A stretch of 64,000 bases of DNA from Botryllus schlosseri (taxonomy: Eukaryota): contig CM119371.1 in assembly GCA_051294905.1 (NCBI GenBank), positions 37,698,001 through 37,762,000 of the forward strand, read 5' to 3'. The notes under the pieces were generated by a model. That model saw only the letters and a list, made by a program, of their open reading frames with translations. It had not been told where the DNA came from and made no database searches. How positions within the stretch are numbered: the stretch's first letter is position 1; every line of letters starts with the position of its first letter. A program made the position numbers and the translations under genes. Below, piece by piece: positions 51,505 to 64,000 of the stretch.

Positions 51505-52398
51505 ACATCGTCACCGCCACGAACCAGATCCGATTACTGTCTTTGTGACTGAAATCAAAGAATTCTTGCTCTGCAGGATCGCAACCACACGCAATATTCC
51601 AACAAAATCCGACAATGTCATAACATCTTTTTTAAGAAATCCCACCTCCTCAATTCAAGTGAATTTTATGTGAATGAAGTTTCCTTAGACCACAACGCGT
51701 TCACACGTCCGTTTTGTCGATTGTAAATTATTGCAGAATTTCCGAGCAGAGTCAAAATTTTTCATATTCTCAAAATTCAGATCCGGTTGCACGTCCCGCC
51801 CAAATATGGGCAGCACCGTTCCTCGTTATGTATGATCGATATTGATGCCGTTGTGTATTTTGAAATCTGAGAGGTGTGCCGTGGAACGGTGTTCCTGTCA
51901 AATAACATTCGTGATGAATCTCCGTATCTTTCGAAATTAATGATTCATATTTTGATGACAAAGCACCTTTCGAAATCGTTGTTTATTCATTATGAAATAT
52001 ATACAATGCTGCGGAAATGTTTCAATGCGTGACTTGGTCAGGAAAAAACGTAATAGAAATTGAATGTTGTGGTGATTGAATAGATGCCTTCCATTCGGGA
52101 AATTATTTTGCGGGAATATCACAAAGTTTAGTCCGCAGGTTTCGATTTTTTATGTATGAGTCACACCCGAAGTTCAATAATGAGGTGTTTCGAATTTGCC
52201 GTGGTTTATTCTAAGATCGATGGAAAACGTTGTTTTGCCTGTGATGAGAATGACAGAATTTATTTACAATAATTTTGTCACTTTGTTGATAATAAACAAA
52301 TTAACTTTCGTTGCCTGTCCGAACATTTTGTTTGACAAAACTTTGTTCATGTTTTGGTAAAAGTGTATTGAAATCTCTACTTGATTATTGCTAAAAAT

Positions 52399-54307
52399 CA
52401 GGGTTGTAACCAAGTCACATGGTTCCGAGTCACGAGTCAATCATACTTTTGTGGTTTTGACTCGAGTCGAGTCGAGTCATTTTCAATTCATCACAGACTC
52501 GAGTCCGAGTCCAAGTCACCGTATAAAGGGTCAAGTCCGAGTCAAGGTGTTATGACTCGAGTCGAGTCCAAGTCACAGTATTGAAGTCATGTTCAACTCA
52601 TGTTTTCAATCCTGCTTGGGTGATATCGAATTCCTTGTTTGCGAAACATGCTCATTTTGTCCCTATCAGAGTCTTGGCACGTGTTTATTTAGGCAGATAA
52701 CGGACAGGTCCTGGCCTCATTTACCGATGCTAAATATAACTTTACTTATCTTAGAACTTAAAATCAAATATGTCTCTTGTCAGTCTGATGCATCACCAAT
52801 ACAAGCATTCAGTTTTTATTATGAGCACATCGACGATAGCTCACGAATAGCTGATAGAGAACCAAAGAATTCACGTCTACATACTATCTGATAGAGAACC
52901 AACAAATTCACGTCAAGATACTAGTTGATAGAGAATCAATAGATGCATGTTTATGTAGAGGTATTTACAACAGGCCAGCATGTTGTAAAAGCGTGCATGC
53001 AACTATGTGCATTGTGCAGTGACAACAGAACAGATACCTTTTGATTATACTAAAGGTTTTCCCAATTGCATTACAGACTACATCGCAGTTACAGCACTGG
53101 ATAAATAATTGTATGATGGGGCTGTTCAAAAACATTTTTTCAAATTTTCCGGCTACTTCTTAAAATTGCTAGATTGCCTAAGAAATCAAATTTGGCTCAA
53201 TTCCAACCAGTAGAAAGCAATGCTATGAAAGAAAATTTTAGACTAATTACAAATAGAGATTTTAGAATTTTACCGGCTATCTCATGATATTGTTACATTG
53301 TGTAAAAATATGATTCATAGCAAATTTGACTCAATTCCAACTAGAAAAAGTGAAGTTATCAGAGTAAAATGTTTTGGATATAAAAAAATAGTCGGCTTAC
53401 TACTATGTAATTATATTATATGAAAGAATTTCTCACTAAAATACTCCATTTATTTTCAAATCCAAAATATTCTCCTCTCACATCATTGATTCCACTTTTT
53501 TCAAATTAAGCCAGATTCAGTGTTCCTTTTATGCAACATAACAATTTTATCAAGTAACCACCCAGTAAAATAAAAAAGAAGTTATTTTAGAACAGCCATA
53601 TTGTATTAACATCACACAGCATTAGCCATTCATTATTATACTCACGTGCACAATGCACATACCTAACAAAACGTCAAATGGACGAGGGGCATTGTGTGTT
53701 TTCACAGAAGCAGATCAAATCAATGAGTTACACCTCAAAAATATTAATGTGGAAAGGAGATCCTCAGATATGTTAAAGCGGCATGGCCGTAGAATGAATC
53801 CACATCTACTGAATACACGTTCCACTAGTGCACTAGATGCAGGAATTGACAAGCATTTTTGAACCACACTGAAGAGCATTGAATACTCATTCTTTCTAGT
53901 CGCCCAAAAATGCAAAGAATCATCGCCTTCAAATCTACATATGAGCTTATCAGTCTCTTAACCATCTGAGTCATTTCATTGGCTCTAATTGAACTTTGCT
54001 TCAATTGTTTGCTTGTATCATTGAAAAGTCTTGAGTACTTTAATTGCGAAGGATCTATTACCTCTTAATCACTGGACGATTTTGTACAATGCATTATTGC
54101 TACTGTGTATCATTTTCTGTTGTTTTTACGGTGGCATATCTGATATCAGACAAGTGCAACGAAAGCAGTGGTGACAAATAGCGATGTCGGCAGAATTCGT
54201 CGGATGCGTTGATCTATAGCCATTACGATTCGCAAGAAAATGACTCGAGTCAAGTCGAGTCATAAAAAAATCGTGACTCGACTCTGACTCGAGTCATTAC
54301 AACCCTG
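52399..54307 (-). mobile_element. Internally deleted hAT transposon (GAGTC-repeat family)
   Basis: CAGGGTTGTAA / TTACAACCCTG, perfect TSD CTAAAAAT. It contains a transposase C-terminal fragment and an inverted-repeat element at about 53118-53598. Confidence 0.9.
53715..53915 (-). pseudogene. hAT transposase C-terminal dimerisation domain fragment
   Basis: FWATRKNEYSMLFSVVQKCLSIPASSALVERVFSRCGFILRPCRFNISEDLLSTLIFLRCN matches the hATC pattern W...YP.L...A...LS.PA.S...ER.FS. Confidence 0.9.
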
Positions 54308-56558
54308 CTAAAAATACTATATTTTTTGTCGAAGCAATAGTTCCGAGGCAGTCGCGACATTGTGTTCTGTCATTGCAATCAGAAACCTCGATTGATATTA
54401 CAATAAATGAGCGGAATGTAATTAATGACACTGTAAGGTTATTCGAGAGCAATAAACCTCCAATAATTCACACAACATTGTGGTTTGAGGCTCGATGATT
54501 GATTGCTTCTAGTTTATTGTCACGTCAAATCAAATCAAGGCCTATTAGTTTTTATCAGCCAGTTCGAAATCGATAACACGCTGCTGCTGATATGTTATGG
54601 TGGAAACTGATGGGATTATCGATTCAGGTAATGTTTTTGTGATCTTCTGTCTGTTAAAGTTATTCGCTGTAAATTTTAGACACTACCATGTGTTGTTCAG
54701 AAATATCAACCCAGCGGTAGGCCGAAGAATATGACCTGGTCGACCACAAGTTTGTGACATCTGCCACAGGAATAACAATGTGACTCATGTACTTAAATTT
54801 TTAAACATTACTTCGATCTCGGCTATTGATAGCGAGCAAAGTGCGTTTGCTCATTTTCCACGCCTTTAGCGTCATCTTCCATCACTGTGAACCGAAGATT
54901 GCACGTTTCGATGGCTTCTGTTTAGTTGCCACAAGCCTCCATAGCCGGCCCAAGAGTCAAACAAGCGTGCGGCTTCTTCTCTAATTAGAAATAGAAAGGC
55001 GATAAATATCTTAACACCGAAAGAGTCAATTCTTCGCATCCGGATAGACTGCGACGAAACGATGACATTGACCACATATCTTACTGAATGACAAAGGCAT
55101 TTTTACAGTAGCTTTGTTCAATGCCACATGGTCTCAATTCATTTAAAAAAATGCCAACTCTCGCTTTAGCTATAGTGAACAATTTAATGATTTCTAAATC
55201 CACAACACTAAACAGTTGCGGTTATCAGTCCTAAACAAATACGCAGTTTACTGAAATATGAATGTGACTGGTTTTGCTGACGGATTGTTGACCCACAAAG
55301 ACAACATATTTTATTCTGAAACAAACGGTATTTGATCCAACGTTCCGCTTGGGTCAGACCTGTGGCGTAAACTGGTTTCCGAAAGACCAACAACAATTCA
55401 CACATCCCTTTTTAGCGGACGCGTTCAGTTCTTGAGTTGACCTGGTTCAAATGGCCAATGACCACGGTAGTCGACAAACGCCATCTATATCACAAACAGC
55501 AACAACAGGTCTTGAGTTGGTGTTTTCGCATAAAGGAATTATGATTCTACAACCAACTGATCTTTACCAAAGAGAAATGTTTAGCTACTTTGCTGAAAGT
55601 CCAAAAGGTGGTGTTTCCGCGTTGTAAGGGGTGACAGTTACCGACCATACATGGGGGAATATTGACTGTCCCGCGAATATGGTGGAATCCATACGAACCT
55701 TTCAACACCAACTTCTCCACATATTTCGGTATGTATTATTGTGTTAGCGAATGGGCTAATTCCTCAATTTTACAACCATTTCCACAGCTTTTGGAATTAC
55801 ATGACACTTCAATTTTTGAATCAATGTTGGTTCATAAGGCAGTGTTCTGGATTCGAATGAAACATTTTGTGACATATTTGACATAAATATTATTTTTGAA
55901 ACGATATGCCTTATCTTATGCTAGAAATACCATACTTCGACCTTATCTGTTGTGGCCGCTTTTAATATGAGATGCTCTCGGGATGTATTAAGACGACGCA
56001 GCCAAAGATAGCATCGTACGCTCGGCACTCAGACATAAAAAATATAAACTTTTGGTTGCAGGGTTATTTTACCTTCATTTCCGTTCATTGACTTAGGTAC
56101 AGCAGTAGTACTAGTTTCATAGATGCTTCGTTGGTCACACCATTGATACGGACGAGAACGCGAGTAGTGGCAGATTGGACACCCGATATGCGAAACAAAG
56201 GGCTTCGATATAATATTTTGATTTTACGTGCCATGAAGCTTGGCATAAATTCGTGAGTGCTTAAATGCGAATAATGATTCGAGTAGAGTTGTGACTGCGA
56301 GAGCCGAATTTTAGGACAGAAGTTTTAACCTCCCCCCCCCCCCCTCCTTCAATCAGGAATTACCTGATCAAGTACTAGAATTATATTGGTTATGCTTCAT
56401 TTATCAACGTTGAAGCCTCGAAACAGGAATTAGTTTTCCGAGACAGCAGTATGCACTGGTATTCAAAATATGGAGTACTCGCGAAGCTCCGCACGTTATC
56501 GCAAATGACATTTCTGTGAAGTCGTTATCAGCTCGCAGCATTTTCAATTTTGTTGGAG

Positions 56559-56980
56559 AAGGAATATGAAGGGGTCATAGCAAACGGCAGACTCGCGGTA
56601 ACCGGTTTCAACTCACCGGTAACCGAGAGAATGTGAGACGGTATTCTTCAGTATTTCTGAAGATTGATACTTTTCGCTTTTCTGCAATGTTTCAGAGATC
56701 TGATGAGCGCGGTTGGCGCTATGGAGTTACTTTCTTTATTGGAGTGGACGGGGCGGTAGCTGCTTGCGCTGGTTGTGCTCTCGTCAACCAGGCGTTCATC
56801 GCTCCGTTGGATGGAACTGACGTGAAAGTAGGCGATCCCTCTTTCACTACTGAGGTAGTTGACAGTGTGGACGTGAACGGGCCGGTGTGTGGCCGCGTCG
56901 ATGCCGCCGACGAAGAACACCTGCTATTCGAAGACTGCGACACGACGGTTCGCCGCTACATGAGCGAAGTTTGCATGTGA
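56559..56980 (+). pseudogene. Leaderless lectin pseudogene (copy G): 3' half of exon 5 plus exon 6
   Basis: ...GVIANGRLAVTGFNSPVTER ends at donor 56633. Exon 6 starts at 56696 with a 1-nt deletion (GCT AT GGA vs GCT ACT GGA) and has YMSE instead of YMCE. The 5' half of exon 5 is absent. Confidence 0.8.
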
Positions 56981-58456
56981 AAACCATCAACCACGGATGG
57001 CATAAAGCGACCAAGTACTACCGGGCATTACCGCTTATGATTCCAGGAACTCTATAGCACCAATCAATGTGTTAAAACCTTTCCAATATTCGAGTTGCGA
57101 TGGATCCTGTTTTTGACGATGTTCCAGTGCTGTCAACCTCCAGATCTGGTTATATGTCGCGCGAAGAATGCTTTTGTCTCATGGGATTTCTCATTCAAGT
57201 CGAAATGTAGAGAGACACTTTGTACCGGACCACGTTTACCGGACCACGAACTGAGATATCAATTTCGCCTTCTGACACATGACACCTTTTTTGTCACCAG
57301 TCCTTGTATAGCCTATTATCATCTTCTACTTTTCATTCAGTGTTCTTGCCTCCTTTCTGCATCAACTAGGCCAGGTGGGTGTCTGATTTCGAGGACGAGT
57401 CCAAGTCGTTTCGACGCCTTTCTATCTATCATTGTATCGTAGTCTTGTGGTGTATTGACATGATGGAATTGTAGCAATAAGTTGGTTTGAATTAAAACTA
57501 TTCTCAATATCTGGATTCGAGCGCGTTGTTTATTCATTACGAAAATATATACAACGCTGCAAGTAGGCCTATTTTCCAGTGCGTTAGTTGATAAGAAGCC
57601 GTGAGAAGACGTAGTAGAAGTTGAATTTGAATTTTATGGTGAAGTGGCTTCGATGTGATTCGGGATATTAATGCACGGTTTGAAACCATACTGCACAGTA
57701 GAGCACATTTGAATAATTTGGGATTTACATTGGTTAAGTCTTCAGAATCATGAAATTACAATTGTTTCTACTGCAATAATTTCGCTTCTAGTGGTCGGAA
57801 TTCAGCCGAATTTGGGATGAATCATCTTTACCAACAGCTCAGCAATTTAATGGGGTGGACACAAAAATTTGAAGTTTTCGTAACAACAGCTCCTGTGTGC
57901 AGTACACGGACGCCAATATTGCAATCAAAGGATATCACCGGAACATATTCATTATGACATGTCGTAATTCAGTAAACGTATACAAACCAACTAGCATTAT
58001 CTGAAGAATACATCGAATTCCAAATAAACAACCGATATGACTTAGTGCTTGACACAAAAACTTGATAAGGAATGACACGCCACAATTTGAAATCATGTGT
58101 GTCTTTTAGTTTAGTAAGTTTGGGCTATTTCAATATCTTTTGACATAGCAAAGGAGCTCACGAAATAGCATCGTTTAGCGGGATAGCGTAGTGCAGGGGT
58201 GGGCAACATACGGCCCGCGGTGAACCGGTGAATCTGATCACATGGGATGAGAAATAATATGTAGAACTACTAATTTTAAAGACGAAATCCATGAATGAAT
58301 CCGAAAAAATGTTCGCGCAGGGCGCGAAGGGAGTTTGTCTGGCCCGCGGACAGTTTTTCGTCTTACATGATAATGTGGCCCTCCGGCCCCAATCTTCCGA
58401 GATTCCCCACTACTTGCCCACATACATTTTAGTGATTGTATGTTTTTATACATATG

Positions 58457-59422
58457 TAGGGGAGATGTGGTACCGATGGATCAAAAATTGGAAAATGATC
58501 GCTGGCCCCAAAACGTTCAGCCGAAAACAGCAGATCCTTTGCTGGCTCAGCACTTTGATACAAGCTCTACCTATCGCGCACATATTCATGAATATCCGTC
58601 TTTTCAAAAAATATTTATGGACGTTTAAAATTTGTTGCTCGAACGTGTCATCGGTCCCCACCCGGTGGTTCCAATGGCACACGACCCGGGGACCTATGAC
58701 ACATATACCCTAAAAAACTCAGATGTGACAACTTTTCCTGCTCAGTATTAAAATCTGAGCTACAGCAAGCCAAAGAAGAATTTTCGGTCACAACCGTCAA
58801 AAAATAAATTCAATATTGACTCAAATGTTGTCATAAAATCACGTTTCGATTTAGGCTCGGACTTATAAATTTGAGGGTACATACATATTGCCCGAAAATC
58901 GACAGTGTGACTTCCAAATACCTCGTTATAGCGATAAAACATCATATGCAATTATTACGTAAAGATTTTCTGTACGTAGTCATGTTTCATTTGTTTCATG
59001 ATTAGTATACTTGATTATTTTGCTTGATTTGGCTATTGTATCATCGGTCCCCACCCTACTAATTTTGTACATGAATCGAAAAATATTCCACTCAAGGAAA
59101 GTACTGAAAAAAATAGTAGGTTCCATTATATAGCCTGATACAAGCCCTAGTCTTCACAATAAAAATGATTGCTGGTTTGTTCGTGTTGAAGGTTACAAAG
59201 AAAAATGTAAATGTCGATCTAAATTTAGTTTACACCCCCCAAAACAAAAAACATCTGTGAGAGACCCCATAGTTCGCGCACATCAAATTTGTTTGTATGT
59301 GAGGAAAGATGTTGCCAGCATGCAATTGTAGACAAGTTCACGGAGTGTAATCAAGGAATTATCATAGAGAATTTTCAAAGTATTATCGGTCCCAGTGATC
59401 CATCGGTACCACATCTCCCCTA
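58457..59422. mobile_element. TIR element flanked by TA (Tc1/mariner/pogo-like MITE)
   Basis: Perfect 27-bp inverted ends TAGGGGAGATGTGGTACCGATGGATCA, including the TA. Confidence 0.8.
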
Positions 59423-59929
59423 TGTACGTACACTTGTACAGCGAGCGAGGGTGGAGCTTACGCGCAAGTTCGTCGAAGCGAGAAGACTTGCATCATTGGC
59501 ATTTACGATGTACTCAACCCTAATGTCATTTGCGATAATAATGGTGTTTGTCGACGACAATGGTCATTTACACCAGGCCGATATTTCTTATTTTTGATTC
59601 CGTAACCGCGCCGACTTGTAGCACGGCGCACACTTCTAGGCTTTTGTAAGACACCGATTATGCCAGGTGTCGCCAACTGAAAACGGGTCGCGGGCCAATT
59701 TCAAATTCCAAGGCTGCGGCCCGCATGAATTTAATATCGAGATAGACAGGCCGCGCAGTTTAACAACCACGCTATCTCGTCACCTACTTAACCCTGATGC
59801 ATTGATATCTTGGTTAATTGGGGGTACCGGGCTTATTGAACGCCTTGAAATCTTAATGAAGGTCTTAATGAAGGATTGCACCGTGTGTTGATTGATCAAA
59901 GAGAAGCAGACATGGTGGTACCTGTATGA

Positions 59930-61281
59930 CAGGGGTGGCCAACCTGCGGCCGTAGAAGCAAATTCGTGCGGCCGTGGACACGTAATTCAATTAGTAGGTG
60001 TTGGCGGCCGTCGACGTATAATTTGAATTTACGAATTGACTCCCGATTTCTAGAAAGATTTTTATTATCCTTGAAATTTTCTTCGCGCAGCGCGCGATTC
60101 AATGCGACTTTATTTTTCGATTTTAATATATAGTTGCGCACTTTGCAATCAGAGCCCCGAAGTACATTTGCGAACAGATGCGCCACATATAGAACTACCA
60201 ATTCGGAATCGTGTTCTCCTCACTATATCGACAATCCTGACGGGAGGTCAAGACATGCAAAGAACAGCATGCAACAAAGTGACTAATAATAATTGGCATG
60301 CCCTGACCGACCGTCCACCAACTCTACCGGTGAATCTGATCACATGGGATGAGAAATAATATGTAGAACTACTAATTTTAAAGACGAAATCCATGAATGA
60401 ATCCGAAAAAATGTTCGCGCTGGGCGCGACTATGAACAGCCTACATTATTTAATAGATTAGTACGGAGTTCGCCGGAAATGGACATTAGGGCTCTTCAAA
60501 AATGACCTTTTTTCTCAAATTGTACTGGCTACTTGATAAAATTGTTAGGTTACCTAACTTAAGCCTACACACAAAATTTAGTTCAATTCCAGCCAGTAAC
60601 CTCTTTGCTACAGGAGAAGAAAGTTTCTATTTATTATTTAAAAATAAATAATAAAAAATTTGAAAATTTTCTGTTCACTCCATGAAAGTGTCAGGCTGTC
60701 TATAGAAACGATGCTCGCCAAATTTGGTTTGATTCCAACTAGTGGAAGCGGAGTTAATGCTGTAGAAAAATTTGGATTTGAATAAAATAGTATTTACGGT
60801 GAGCACGACTATAATAAATAAACAAAGAATCGGTCACCGTAAATACTATTTTATTCAAATCCAAATCTTTCGACGGCAATAACTCCGCTTCCACTAGTTG
60901 GAATCAAACCAAATTTGGTGAGCATTCTTTCTATTGACAGGCTGACACTTTCATGGGGTGAACAGATAATTTTCAAATTTTTGATTATTCATTTTTATAT
61001 AATAAATAGAAACTTTCTTCACCTGTAGCAAAGCGGTTACTGGCTGGAATTGAACCAAATTTTGTGTCTAGGCTTGAATTAGGTAACCTAACAATTTTAT
61101 CAAGTAGCCAGCACGATTTGAGAAAAAAAGTCATTTTTGAAGAGCCCTAATGGACATAGACACTTTAACATGAGTATTTGGCGTCCTGTTAGTTCATTAC
61201 GACTATTCCCTGGAATGCGGCCGTAGGCTACATGAGTAGTCAAAATGCGGCCGTTACTGGCAAAAAGATTGACCACCCCTG
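59930..61281. mobile_element. hAT MITE (nested)
   Basis: CAGGGGTGGCCAA / TTGACCACCCCTG, TSD CTGTATGA / CTATATGA, TGCGGCCG repeats. Confidence 0.85.
60487..61149. mobile_element. Foldback element, arms of about 316 bp with a spacer of about 31 bp
   Basis: 60487-60802 is the near-perfect reverse complement of 60834-61149, with direct repeat ATGGACAT on both sides. Relatives lie at about 6178-6390 and 53118-53598. Confidence 0.9.
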
Positions 61282-62051
61282 CTATATGACAGTGCTGTTC
61301 TCAAATCCACATTGTCTTCGTCATTATTGGCGAGAAATGGCTTTGAAGTTGCATTGCTGTCGTTAAAATGCATTCATTAAACACGATTTATTCCTGGTAT
61401 ATGTAGATAAATGGGCGAATAATGTATCGATTCAGCAATCCGGCCCGCCAAGTACTTAATTTTCCTATATCCGGCCCGCCGACTTGGAGAAGTTGCCCGC
61501 CCCTGGCGTATTGGTATGATCCACGGCTGCAACACCGGTGGGTTGCAGTACGAGGTTCATCGAGAATTCCTACTTAGTGTTGGAGATTTATATAGGCTCG
61601 CCTTTGCCCTATCATCCGTGTGATAGGTGTCTTATAAAAGCCTAAGTTGGCCGTGGTACAGGTCGGCTTCTACGGATTGAAAGAAGAAGAGAATTGGCCT
61701 GGTGTAAATGACCATAGTAGCCGACACAGACCCTGAATACCTCAAAACGAACAAGCATCATGTAAGGAAGTCAATATACCAACGGGTCGCCCCGAAGATG
61801 TTGACTTTATTTTGGGGGTCCTATCTTTTCCAAAACACCTCAATCAGCTTTACTACCGGTAAGTCCGATAGCATGAACAGATATAGGATGAAAAATTGAT
61901 AGAAATATGTATGAAATTCCCGATCATATTGACCGGTTTAAACATGAATTATAGAATTTTGTTCGCTCGTGGCGCGTTTGGACGATACGAGCTGACTGAC
62001 AGTACACCCAATGTAGCTGTAACGTAGCGGCGGAATGCGTACTGCGTAGGG

Positions 62052-63154
62052 CAGTGGTTCTAACCTTTTTTCACCCAGCGCCCCTTTCCACAATTGCCTG
62101 AGCCTGGCGCCCCCTATTTTGAGGACTGTAGTAAAAACAATTGGTAAGTGGTCGAAGTCCGTTTTCGGGTTCGGACTTCACTGTTACACCCCTCGACTAA
62201 TTAACGGTACATTTGTATGTGTTATTTTCGGGATCAAATCCACATCGTTATAACAACGATCGGGTCAGGTCTACGGGCTGATAGCATTTGGTTCGAGATC
62301 GATGTCGACATCCCCAATTCTCTGCGATTGGCAGTACAGGGAAGTTAATTGCATTACGTTTTGTTTTGTTTTGTTTTATTGCTTTGTGTGACTACTTAAT
62401 CAACTGAAAAAGTGGTAGGGATTTGCTCACATTAAACTGCACGAAGCTCTCAACATAACATGAAGATATTCTGGCGATTTAATTTTGTAGCTCTCAAATA
62501 CAAGTATATTTAGGTAATTATTTCGGCCAGAAAGCTTTGAAACATATTTACTGTACAAATGGCATCACTCTCAAAATTTGTACCGTAGCCTACAGTGCCT
62601 TTCGATTTCGACACGCAGTGCGCTGGAGGCTAAAAATATCTAGCTCAACTAGTTTTGTGGAAAATACCCCGAGCTATCAGCATAAGTATAATTTTATTAA
62701 TATTTTCATCATTTCAAAACACCACAAAACTGCGATACAATGGAAAGATAAGAAGGTGTCGAGTAGCTAGCGTGACGGGCGTGTTATTACGGAGAATAGG
62801 CAATCTAAAAGTACGCTAAATTCGTTTAACATGAATTAAAACATACCACTGCAATCATGGAAACATGGTCGGTGGATATTTCGAGATGAGCGCAACGGAA
62901 AACGTATTAATTTGACAGAATTTGTCGAATGTTAGTTTGCAATGAGAACTCGGGGATATATAGAACTGTTGTTTTACTTTATAATCCTATATCCTTAGTG
63001 AACCATCTACTATGAGGCCATTTTTCTTTAGCGTTCTCCTTACCACCCCCTGAGCCCAGCGCCCCCTATTTAGCACCCTTGGCGTTTCTGGCGCCTTCAA
63101 AATCCAAATCGACCCTTGGGGGGGGGACGCTGGAGACAAGGTTAAGAACCGCTG
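62052..63154. mobile_element. hAT MITE
   Basis: CAGTGGTTCTAACCTT / AAGGTTAAGAACCGCTG, TSD GCGTAGGG / GCCTAGGG, GCGCCCC repeats. Confidence 0.85.
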
Positions 63155-64000
63155 GCCTAGGGGATCGAACAACGTTTGCGTCAATCTCGACAATTGATGC
63201 CGACCGACATATGCTCAGCGTACTTCGCACAGTGCACACCATTGGTGCCATCTTCTGTATCTGGGGACTCCATCTTGTTGAAAGACAGAAACGAAGAGAT
63301 CGAGAGCGAACAAAGTGGCATCCGGACACCATAGGCTTGGGTGGCTACCATATTAAGAGAACGACACGGGTCGTTTCGGCATCCACCTATTAGTGTATTG
63401 TATCGCATTGTCATATTGTCTTTCTTTGGCGGGTGATGATAGCCTATATAATCCGACGATTAATACGATTGCAGCAGACGAATCTAAGTCATCAGGTGGC
63501 ATTATCGGGTGAAAGTATATTCTTTAATCAACGTGATTAATTGGAGGTGTTTCCTTTTCTCGTTATGAGGTGGTATGCTAGACCCTCCTTCGAATATGTT
63601 GGATATGGTTTCAACTTAAACCTCTCAACTCCAGATTCCATATATTCACAGTACATTACATGCGTTGCAATCGGGCAGACAATAATTATGGGCGGGGTGG
63701 GGTTTTAAGTTAGAGAGTTAATATTCAGGCGAGAGATGAGGATTGGGCTTCATTATGGATGGGCATTGGGCAACACCAAAATATATTTCTGCATTTAGCC
63801 TGAAATATTCAATGCTTCCAAATCTGTTTGAATCTCATTGCTGCCGAACGAATTGAACAGATCTCTCAAAAGTTGAATGATATGATTTGACGAGAATCAG
63901 TATAAACTGCGGTATTTAATAACTGGCATGTGTGTGTTTGTGCGAGTCTACGAGACGTCTTACAACACTGAAACAATGGCACATATGCAAACCACTGCAA

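Larger units (their letters stand above)
58194..61505. mobile_element. hAT (Charlie-like) element with nested inserts; same TIR family as 12716-13575
   Basis: CAGGGGTGGGCAAC / GTTGCCCGCCCCTG, TSD GCGTAGTG / GCGTATTG. Confidence 0.85.
58173..61753 (+). mobile_element. tRNA-derived SINE split by nested insertions
   Basis: Head 58173-58193 and remainder 61506-61753 match the SINE family. It is flanked by AGCATC direct repeats (58167-58172, 61754-61759). Confidence 0.7.

Noticed and set aside
63066..63414. Overlapping ORFs in a GC-richer patch near the window end
   Set aside because: No recognisable domain or consistent splice model; cannot be supported.

Overview
Eukaryotic (animal, invertebrate-like; species not determinable here) AT-rich, transposon-dense window. 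The core is a tandem array of paralogous, intron-containing genes for secreted, atypical C-type-lectin-domain (CTLD) proteins on the + strand. Their architecture is signal peptide / Tyr-Pro-Gln-Arg-rich segment / short hydrophobic stretch / Thr-rich linker / CTLD without EPN, QPD or WND motifs. Two copies assemble into complete 6-exon ORFs (1216-14589, 243 aa; 44185-49034, 256 aa) and one is probably truncated (34903-38633). Four more are leaderless 3' exon cassettes (19460-19872, 26649-27150, 50993-51504, 56559-56980), so only three leaders serve seven lectin modules. Most lectin modules are followed by a co-duplicated downstream block that reads on the minus strand like a decayed gene with a GPCR TM7/helix-8-like ending and includes a very conserved 90-nt core. 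The rest is nested hAT MITEs with 8-bp TSDs (one carries a hAT dimerisation-domain fragment), a tRNA-derived SINE family, foldback elements, a probable solo LTR, LINE fragments, a 10-mer tandem array and a perfect 131-bp inverted duplication. All gene models were built by hand from splice signals and paralog comparison, without transcript data.
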